Shown here: piece by piece, positions 24,713-33,893 of the stretch
Numbering within the stretch: the stretch's first letter is position 1
How the letters are laid out: the number at the start of each line of letters is the position of its first letter
Assembly (NCBI RefSeq): GCF_046119375.1
Contig: NW_027362763.1
Span: 903,650,001-903,714,000, forward strand
DNA: 64,000 nt
Direction: 5' to 3'
From: Phyllobates terribilis
Taxonomy: Eukaryota
Made by a program: the position numbers and the translations under genes
Notes under the pieces: generated by a model
The model's input: the letters and a program-made list of their open reading frames with translations, nothing else
Told to the model about the DNA's origin: nothing
Databases searched by the model: none

Positions 24713-25838
24713 GTTGTTAGGGATACCCGGAGCCGGATCAGATGGGGGTTGTAGTCTCCGAGTGGCTGTGACCCGGTCCGTGCCCAGGGTGTCAAACTCA
24801 GTGTGCGGCAGTCCTTGCAGATGTTCTTAGTGTCGACTACGCCACCCGTTGATTTGCGGTCAAAAGGCCGCCGCTGCAGGATGGTCCGCTGAGGCTGGTG
24901 GTGTGTGTGCAGCTGTGGTAGTATAACCCCCAACGGGAGGGGTATAGCCTCAGGGGGTCAGACGTGGAGGATGGTGGTTGTGAAGGTGCAGCAAGGAGAC
25001 TCAGAGGCATGAAATGCAGTTCAGGGTTTTTACTCACTGGTGTTGCTCGGGTCACTCTGTACAGCAGTGACCACCCAAGCCGTGCTGCGTCCACCAGGTG
25101 CGGGACTCGGTCAACTCCCGGGCAATTCCTGAGTATGGTCCTGAGCTCCCTTCTTCTCTCTCTCTCTGGCCGTTCCCACCAGGGATCCACCTGTGTCCGG
25201 CTCCCTCGGGTCTCTTGGTGGTTGAACCTTCTCTGGCTTCCCTGACCCTATGCTCGGTGTGCCATTCTGGTGGATTTGGTGAGGGTCGTGGCAAATCTTG
25301 CCCACGACCTCCGGGTCCTGGCTAAGGTTTGCTTTGGCCTCCGCCAGCTTGGGATCCGGTACCCTTTTGCCGACCCTTCACCCTTATCAGTTCTCATACG
25401 GGCTCTTGGGGTCCCCTCTCGTCCTGCGCCTCTGGGTCCCTCTTCCTTCTCCTCTCCTGGAGTTACTGCTGACTCACAGACTGACTGACTGACTGACCCT
25501 GTCCTAAGATGGTGCCCACCTTATATACTCCCTCTATGTGTGAGCTCAGGTGACCAGCACCCAATGAGCTCCTACATTTACCCAGACTACTCCCCCTATC
25601 TGCCCCTACACTACTGGGATGTTCCACCCCCCTCCCACTCCAGCCAGGGACAGACGCTGTCATACCTGCACATATACTGGTGGGAGTACCGTTGTTCTGT
25701 CCCCCGGAAATGGGATGTATGTAGTGCATGCAGCCTACTAGCTCAGTTCCATACTCCATCCTTACCCGGGAGTGGAATACCACACCTCTGGGTTGAGGTG
25801 CAATACCCCTGTAGCAGCCGAATCCTCAGGGTGCTACA
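24693..25838 (-). repeat. 5' LTR of element A
   Basis: TG...CA termini, TATATAA box and AGTAAA polyA-like signal on the minus strand; followed by ACTT and the PBS. Confidence 0.92.
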
Positions 25839-26836
25839 CTAACATCACAGAACACTTGGAGAACAATTTGCATACTGCGCAGAAGTTGTTAAAACTTGTT
25901 TTTTTTTATAGAGTTTTTATTACTGTTGCTATGCAAAGATGTGTTATGAAATGTCTTTTTAGCCCCAATAAAGCTGTTATAGCATACAGGGTCATGAAAA
26001 GTGATGACAGGTTCCTGTTAAGGAAAGATAAAAATGTTATAGTCACAAGCTCCGTCATATGAGTCACACAAAATAAAAATACCACGGATAGAACCTATTA
26101 GCTTCTTCTTTACCCTACAGCGTTTACTGAAACAATACATTCCCTGCACACAAAAAACAATTGAAACTGACAGCAAATGGGCAACATTCAAAAAGCTTTG
26201 GAAATATTTATCATACTCAGATATGACACAACCTAATTGGCTACAATTAGATTTAACGCTACATCCATGTTATTGAGTTGCTTCATCTACCTTGTCATTA
26301 TTTGGGACATGCATCTTGTGCAGCAGCTGCAGGATGGTGCAGGGGCTTATGTGAACCTTACTAGGGTTATGCCAAAACAGTTCCACCAATCACACACACA
26401 ACCAGGCTCAGACTGACCCACAGGGCACAAGTGAATACCCCGGTCGGTCTCTGTGTAGGAATAAACTCTCAGTCCCTCACCCCTCTACAAGAGCAGTGCT
26501 TGGCAAAGTACATTTAATGCAATATATAAAGAGGGAATGTAGAGCATGTAATCATTTATTTAATAAATTACCAAGTTTATTAAAATGTAGATGCATATAG
26601 TAAAGTGGCAGACCATGTTGTATCCACCCTCCCAGACGCCATTTACTTGATATTGCCACAGTGGTCCCTTCCTCCCTAATCATCTGGCAGCTTCTTGCTG
26701 TTGCCTAAAGTGACTGTCCAGTACTGATATTAATAGCCTATCCTGAGGAAAGTTCATCAATACAGATTGGCAGTGGGTGAGACACCCACAGTTCCGTCCA
26801 TATTCATCTAAAGCTAGTTACCCGAAAACTTCAAAT

Positions 26837-27917
26837 TTGTACGCTGATGACACCCAGATCTACCTCTCTGGCCCAGACGTCACCTCTCTGCTATCCAGAA
26901 TCCCAGCATGTCTAGCAGCCATATCCTCCTCCTTCTCCTCTCGCTTCCTCAAGCTCAATGTGGAAAAAACTGAACTCATCCTCTTTCCTCCATCTCACAT
27001 ATCTTCTCCACCTGATCTTTCTATCACAATAAATGACATCACACTTTCCCCTGTAACGGCAATCCGCTGCATCGGAGTAACCCTTGACTCTGCCCTGTCC
27101 TTCAAACCCCACATCCAAGCTCTCACCACCTCCTGTCGCCTCCAGCTTAAAAATATTTCCACAATTCATCCTTTCCTCAACCCTCACTCTACTAAACTGC
27201 TTGTGCATGCCCTCATCATCTCCCACCTCGACTACTGCAACATCCTCCTTTGTGGCCTACCTGCTAACACTCTCACACCCCTCCAGTCCATCCTTAACTC
27301 TGCTGCGCGACTGGTTCAAATCTAGCCTCGCTACTCCTCTGCTACTCCCCTTTGCAAATCTGTCCACTGGCTCCCAATTGCCCAGCGTAACCAGTTCAAA
27401 CTACTAACACTGACCTACAAAGTCATCCATAACCTCTCTCCTCCGTACATCTCTGAACTAATCTCTCGATACATTCCCTTACATAATCTCCGGTCCTCCC
27501 AAGACCTCCTTCTCTCCTCCACACTTATTCATTCCTCACCCAATCGCTTCCAAGATTTCTCCCGAACATCCCCCATCCTATGGAATTCTGTGCCTCAACA
27601 AGTCTGATTATGTGCTACATTTGAATCCTTCAGACGGAACCTGAAAACCCATCTCTTCAAACAAGCTTACAGCCTGCCATGACCTTGCTTGCTGCCACCT
27701 AAACAACACCGGAACTACTGCAACCCCTCAACCTACTGTCTCCTTCTCTGTTCCTGTAGATTGTAAGCCCGCAAGGGCAGGGCCCTCTTCCCCCTGTATC
27801 AGTCAATCATTGATAGTTTGTTTACTGTAAGAGATATTTGTAATTGGTATGTAACCCTTTCTTATGTACAGAACCATGGAATCAATGGCGCTATATAAAT
27901 AAATAATAATAATAATA
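26837..27917 (+). mobile_element. 5'-truncated L2/CR1-clade LINE (RT C-terminus and 3' tail)
   Basis: LYADDTQIYL...FLKLNVEKTELILFP...ISHLDYCN RT motifs, in-frame TAG at 27323-27325, 3' end GGCGCTATATAAATAAA(TAA)n. Confidence 0.88.
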
Positions 27918-29286
27918 AAAAGAAAAACCACAACGAGGATTTCTTCAATAAAGTTATTGACTTATTCTGTATATCAGCACTATTATGGTCATGCCTTTAC
28001 TTCACATTGGTAAAAAATGCTGACAGGTTCTCGTTAAAAACAACTGTTACAGAATGGGGAGCTAATTTTTAAATGTATTTTAACTATCCTTTGTGGTCAT
28101 ACATAAAACAAATGGTTAAAACAGACAACTATTTCTCTTATTTTCCCTCTGATGTTACCCTATATCAGCAAAAAAATAAATAAGGAGAACATGAAAGTGA
28201 CAAAAAAATGAAGCACTGTGTATCACGAAAAAAAGATGCAAAAATTACTTGAATATCCAAATGAGAAAAAAAAATTCAGATCTTTAAACTGCACATACGT
28301 ACAAAAAACAAAAACAAAATGCGCCTGGTCAAAAATGGGGTTAAATGGTTCAATCTTGATTTCGTTAAGGGTGTGAATATCTATGCAACCACATTAATTT
28401 AGATCTTTATTTTACCACCTGAAAAGAATTCAGTTTATTTTTCAGTTGAATTGTACAGATTATGTGAGCTACTTAAACTCAGATTCAGGAGTGTACTTAT
28501 CTGATCTGGATCTTGTACTTGTCTGATTTGGGCACTTGCATCAACAAGTGCCAGCAGATTTTATACCTTCCTAAGAGACGTGCTCTCAGTGTGTTAGAGC
28601 ACAGCAAGATCATTAATTGGTGGAGCAGCCTCTGCTGACTGCCGCGTACCAATTAGTGCTGTATACAATTGGCAACGTAGAAAAGACAACTCATCTCTCT
28701 CCATCGCTTTCTGATAACAGCAATGTTGGGGTTCCCTTTCACCATGACAAGCATTGATCTAGAGGAAGGCCAGAGAGTGCGAGGGGATTGAAAGAGGTGA
28801 TAAAAATGCATGATTCTTTTTGGAAAAGGCTCGTTCCACCTCACACGCTATGCCGCCCTAGGCACTTGACCTCTAGTGTCTAATGACAAATACAGCTGTG
28901 TCTTTAGACACTCCATGTGCCATTGGGTAGTGGTGTCACTATGAGGCACTGTATTCTTACTAAAAGCATTGTGATACAACATGCATTAGAGCATGAGACA
29001 ATTTGGTTAGGAATTCCATAACTATGTGCATCTATGCCAAATCAAAGTAATTTAAATGTTTACTATAGAACTTTATTAGCTTGCTGGATTCAAATTATCT
29101 CTCTATAGTCACTTTTATGGCTTCCACTATCCCCTTCAAACAGTTGATTGTTTGCATGGAAGAATCATCCTGCCATGCATTATTCTTGTAATGGCAGCTT
29201 TAGGAGAAGTGTAGCATTAAATGATGGTCATTCTGGCTCCTAGAATGGAGTCCTGAGGTGGAGACCCTGTTCTGCGATGTTTATAA

Positions 29287-29528
29287 GTAGTGTTGAGTGA
29301 ATTTGTTCGGCATTTCAAATTCGGGATCGTGATCAGGATTCCGGCTTGTTCGCGCAAAAAAATCGGCTCCGCCCCAGAACATCTCTGATTTGTCACAAAG
29401 ATTACATCTGTGTGACAGCGTGGCAAATCAGGGATGTTCATGGGCGGAGCCAATTTTTTGGCGCAAACAAGCCGGAGCCCGGAACACGAACCCGAATTTG
29501 AAATGCCAAACAAATTCGCTCAACACTA
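29287..29528. mobile_element. Short MITE with TAGTGTTGAG TIRs
   Basis: TAGTGTTGAGTGAATTTGTTCGGCATTTCAAATTCGG ... CCGAATTTGAAATGCCAAACAAATTCGCTCAACACTA. Confidence 0.65.
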
Positions 29529-30134
29529 TTTATAAGCCTTAGTAGGGCATGTGGGCAGGTGATATTATTTTGGGACAAACCTTTATAAAAAAAAAAAACC
29601 AGATGCCCGGCCTTGGGAATAATAAATTAAATTAAAAAATAATTACTAAAATTCTAAAACAGTCACATATTTAGAAAGATTAACAGGTGTCAAGTCAGAA
29701 ATGTGAAAAATGTTATTTGGCTTTTTCAAAACACAGTAACATAGCATAAGACAAGCAAAATACATCTACAATCACTACACTTTGCATTATAAACATTATG
29801 TATGCCAACCTATGGTAATGCACAATCTGGCTTTGCTCCCAGTAAATGTATGCTTCACAAGGGATAGTTTAATGGAAGTGACTGAATAGACTGAATTAAC
29901 AGGTCTATTCATTTTCAGACAACTTATTTCAGTTTTAGATGTTGCTCATGCTAAGGCTATGTTCACACATCATATTTTTTTTTGCGTCACAAATCTGCAG
30001 CAAAACCTGATCACTCCAGGGAGGTTTGCTGCAGATTTTTCTGCCAGTTTTAGTGCTTTTTTTATGCATTTTGGTGCATTTTTTCAGCGTTTTTTTCACT
30101 GTTCTTCTTGTCCTTCTGTCTCCTTTTATGCATG

Positions 30135-31339
30135 TGTAGCACCCTGAGGATTCGGCTGCTACAGGGGTATTGCACCTCAACCCAGAGGTGTGATATTCCA
30201 CTCCCGGGTAAGGAAGGAGTGTGGAACTGAGCTCAGATAGACTGCATGCACTACATACATCCCATTCCAGAGGAGCAGGCCGACGGTACTCCCACTTAGA
30301 AATGTGCAGGTACAACCGAGCCTGTTCCTGGCTGGAGTGGGAGGGGGGTGGTACATCCCATGTAGTGTAGGGGCAGATAGGGGGAGCAGTCTGGGTAGTG
30401 ATAGGAGCTCATTGGGTGCTGGTCACCTGAGCTCACACATAGAGGGATATATAAGGAGGGCACCAACTTAGATCAGGGTCAGACGCTGAGAACAAGTCAG
30501 TTGGAGAGGAGAGAGAAGGAAACAGCAGCCCTGGAGAGAGAGAGAGTGGAGCAGAGAAAGACCCAGAGGGGGAAGACTGAAGGGACCCAAGAACCCAAAT
30601 TAGAGCACCGGGTGAGGAGTCAGCAAGAGGGTACCGGAACCCAAGCTGGTGGGGGCAAAGACATTCCCCAGCCAGAGACCGGAGACCGTGGGCAGTGTCT
30701 GTCACGGTCACCCACCACATTCACCCCGAAGGCACACCACATGAAGGGTCAGGGAACCCAGGGCCAAGGGTGTCCCAAAAGAAGGCCCGAGGGAGCTGGA
30801 CCTAGGTGAATCACTGGTGGGGACGGCTGAAGAAAGGACAGAGGGAGAGCTCAGGGCCACGCTCTGGACTTGTTTGGGGGTTGGCCGGATCCAGGACCTG
30901 GTGGACGCAGCACGGCTCGGGTGGTCACTAGCAGCTGGAGTGACCAGTACAACATCAGCAGTAAGTAAACACCCTTAACTGCACAACCCGAGTCTGTCTT
31001 CATTGCCGGCTGCATCGCACCACCACAACCCCCATCCTCTGCGCCTGTCCCCTCTGAGGCTATACCCCTCCCGTTGGGGGTTATCTCACCAAGCTGCGCA
31101 CCCACCATCAGCCTCAGCGGACCCTGCAGCAGCGGCGGCCACAGTGACCGCATCACAACGGGTGGCGTAGTCGACACAAAAGAACTTTAGTAACATCTGT
31201 AAAGCTGCCACATCACACTGAGCTTGACGCCCTGGGCACGGGACCGGGTCACAGCCGCTCGGAGACTACAACCCCCCATCTGATCCGGTGCCGGGTATTC
31301 CCCTCAAAAAAAAAGGAATATGTCCCAGGGGGCGCGTCA
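30135..31339 (+). repeat. 5' LTR of element B
   Basis: TG...CA termini, TATA-like GATATATAAGG near 30445 and AGTAAA near 30964. Appears identical to the 3' LTR (the ORF-track translations of both copies are identical). Confidence 0.93.
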
Positions 31340-33425
31340 ACTTTGGCGTAGTCGGCAGGATTACGTGCCCGCAACACCCGGGTACTGCGTGCCTGAAGAA
31401 AAGTGCAAGTTTACCTCAGAAAGAAGTCTCCCGCCGGTTCCGGAGGGTCCACGCCATCGGACTCCATCACCAGTCATTTCCCGCCGATTGTCCGCCATTT
31501 CCAGCTTGTTCCCGCCATCTGCAGAGTTTCCCGCCACTGGGCGACGCTTCCCGCCAAAACCGCAGATTTCCCGCCTTGGAAGAGCAGCGGACGCCATTAT
31601 GGGCGTGCCAAAGGAGGGCAAGAGGCCACCTCCCATCGTGGGCCAGGACAGAAAATGGCGCCAAAAGTGGAAACCGCCCCCACCAACAGAGACTGTGATG
31701 CTGGAGGTGTCTGTCAGCGTGAAAGAACTCCCCCTGGAGCTGACAGTCACCGAGTTGCCCCGGGACCGCCCTCGAAGTGGGAGGAGACGAAAGAGAAGAG
31801 AAAAGATGGGTGTCGCTTGGAGCAGTCTGGAGCGAGCGCACCCGGAGGCAAGAGGTCTAACAAGGAGTAGCGGAGAAGCTCACCCGGAGATGGAAAGCAA
31901 GCAGGACAGCACCGGCCCGCTGGCCAGGAGTCTGCTAGAGACCGAGGAAGGAGGGCAGAGCAGCACCGGCCCGCTGGCCAGGAGCCTGCCGGAAGCCGAG
32001 CAGAGCAGCACCGACCCGATGGTCAGGAGCCTGCTAGAGTCCACAACCCCGCTAGGTCTAGCGGAGATCCTAGCGCAGCTCCCCCGAGACCGGGAGTGTG
32101 CACAAACTGCCCTGGAGGGCCTCGCAAGGAGGATGGCCCGGGTACAGCGCGAGATACTGGCGGAGTGGGGCCGGGAGAGGACCCAGCAAGCAAAGACCAG
32201 TCAACGGAGCACGCTACCCTGGAAGAGGAAGCAGACCGCCTCTGAGGATGGCGCAGGAGGACCCAAGGCCGGAGACGGCGCCGAGGAGGGAGCCGAACGC
32301 ATGGAGGCAGGTAAAGGGGACGCCTATACCCCAAGCCGTGACACCGCTTACCTGCCCCAGCTCCCCGTCGCAGAGCCCGAAAGTCCCCCTGCTGTGCCCG
32401 TAGCCGCCAGGTCACCGCCATGGACTAGGCCCCGACCGGAAGCCGCCGCAGCGACCCCTGTGACGTCACGCGCCCCGACCCGGGGCGTGACCAAGCAGGA
32501 AGTACCACCAGCCTGGTCGCAAGGCCTAGTACCCCCGGGCGCCGCAATACCAACAGCGCCCCCTACCTCCGCGGAGCCTCCGGCCTGGCCGCAAGGCCAG
32601 GTAGCCCAGGGCGCCGCCGTCCTAACGGTGCCCTTCACCTTCCAGGTGCCCCAGGCCTGGCCGCAAGGCCTGGGCAACCCGGGCGCCACCACCACCGCGC
32701 CCGCGCCCGCAATACCTAGGGTGCCACACCTGGGGGAGGACCTCTTCGGCCAGCTCACATGGCCGGACGGGCGGCCCTTCATCTGGCCCGAAGGGTACCC
32801 TGAGCTGGAGCGGCAGCAAAGACTAGGGCCCTTGTGTGAGCCCCTAATCCCGGCTCCGAAGCCCGTGGCTCGGGTCTCGCCTCCTCTAGCAGAAGCCCAA
32901 TTCGTGTGGGACCCCACGGGAGAAGATTTGATGGGGTTCACCGGAGAAACTCGGGCAGCCGCAGCTGAACGTACAGAGTGTTGCCGTCAACAGCTGGCAG
33001 AGTTTAAGAGAGAACGGGAGGAGAGGCGGGTCAGAGAACAACAGGCCCAAATCCAGAGCGCGGAGCAGAAGAGCCGGACTAGGAGGAACCCCCGTGCAGC
33101 GCATTGTCCCCGCACCATCGGGACAGTGATAAAGTTCAACCCGCAGCATGGGTGGGGCTTTATTCGGGACCGTAACAACCGCGGTGACGTTTTTGTGACC
33201 CGCAGAGACGTCGAGTCCCACCTGCCGGAAGGTCACAAAGGCCGTGACCTCTACGTCGGAGACGAGGTCACTTTCACCCGGCACAAGTGTGCCAAAGGAC
33301 CTTACGCCCTCCACGTACACCGCTTGACGGAGGAGGAGTTGCGGTACGGGGAGGAGGAGTCAGAGGACCCGGACGGGTCTGAAGAAACATCATATCAAGA
33401 AAGAGCAGGAGGAAGACGCCGTTGA
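31320..33425 (+). CDS. Element B ORF (701 aa, or 608 aa from the internal ATG at 31599): basic N-terminal region, helical segments, three 24-aa Pro/Ala repeats, coiled coil, C-terminal cold-shock domain and acidic tail
   Basis: Uninterrupted ORF. Residues GTVIKFNPQHGWGFIRDRNNRGDVFVTRRDV...LYVGDEVTF...KGPYALHV (33120-33326) align with the cold-shock consensus GTVKWFN..KGFGFI...DVFVH...L.EG..VEF....KGP.A.NV. Confidence 0.9.
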   Translation: MSQGARQLWRSRQDYVPATPGYCVPEEKCKFTSERSLPPVPEGPRHRTPSPVISRRLSAISSLFPPSAEFPATGRRFPPKPQISRLGRAADAIMGVPKEGKRPPPIVGQDRKWRQKWKPPPPTETVMLEVSVSVKELPLELTVTELPRDRPRSGRRRKRREKMGVAWSSLERAHPEARGLTRSSGEAHPEMESKQDSTGPLARSLLETEEGGQSSTGPLARSLPEAEQSSTDPMVRSLLESTTPLGLAEILAQLPRDRECAQTALEGLARRMARVQREILAEWGRERTQQAKTSQRSTLPWKRKQTASEDGAGGPKAGDGAEEGAERMEAGKGDAYTPSRDTAYLPQLPVAEPESPPAVPVAARSPPWTRPRPEAAAATPVTSRAPTRGVTKQEVPPAWSQGLVPPGAAIPTAPPTSAEPPAWPQGQVAQGAAVLTVPFTFQVPQAWPQGLGNPGATTTAPAPAIPRVPHLGEDLFGQLTWPDGRPFIWPEGYPELERQQRLGPLCEPLIPAPKPVARVSPPLAEAQFVWDPTGEDLMGFTGETRAAAAERTECCRQQLAEFKREREERRVREQQAQIQSAEQKSRTRRNPRAAHCPRTIGTVIKFNPQHGWGFIRDRNNRGDVFVTRRDVESHLPEGHKGRDLYVGDEVTFTRHKCAKGPYALHVHRLTEEELRYGEEESEDPDGSEETSYQERAGGRRR
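31344..31362 (+). promoter_or_regulatory. Primer-binding site (tRNA-Ser) of element B
   Basis: TGGCGTAGTCGGCAGGATT is a 19-nt complement of the tRNA-Ser 3' end, with an ACTT spacer after the LTR CA. Confidence 0.9.
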
Positions 33426-33893
33426 GTGCGGCAGAGCAGGAGCTGTAAATAGTTACCCAATCGGGGTATATAGAAACTGAAACTGTTGCTGCTAAAATAG
33501 TCCCCGTTGGGACCAGGGAACTGTTTACCCGTTAACCCCTTCATCCTACAGGCTGAGGACTGTGAGCAGCCATTCCCTACCCTCTACCTGGCCGAGGACT
33601 GAGAGCGGCCAACTTTCAACTTCCCCTGTATATAGTTGCGCTTCCTAAAGCGCCCCCTACCGGTTTTATAGAAAACCAGTTTTTCTAAGAGACTGTCGCA
33701 CTTTTCCCGGACACACGTTGCACAGTGTCCGGAGGAGGAACCAGAGACAAGAGAAGTCTACGAGAATGTTTATATAAAAAGTTTTATATATATATAATGT
33801 TTATATGTTTTATATGTTCATATAAAAATTTTGTATGTTTTGGTGTTTTATGTCTTACAGCCCGAGGACGTGCTGTGATTTACCAGGGGGGAA

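Larger units (their letters stand above)
21191..25838 (-). mobile_element. Full-length non-autonomous LTR retroelement (element A, 4,648 bp) carrying a cold-shock-domain ORF
   Basis: 1,146-bp direct repeats at 21191-22336 and 24693-25838 (minus strand TGTAGC...CGTCA), TSD CTAA on both sides, PBS at 24671-24688, PPT just outside 22336. No gag/pol motifs recognised. Confidence 0.93.
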
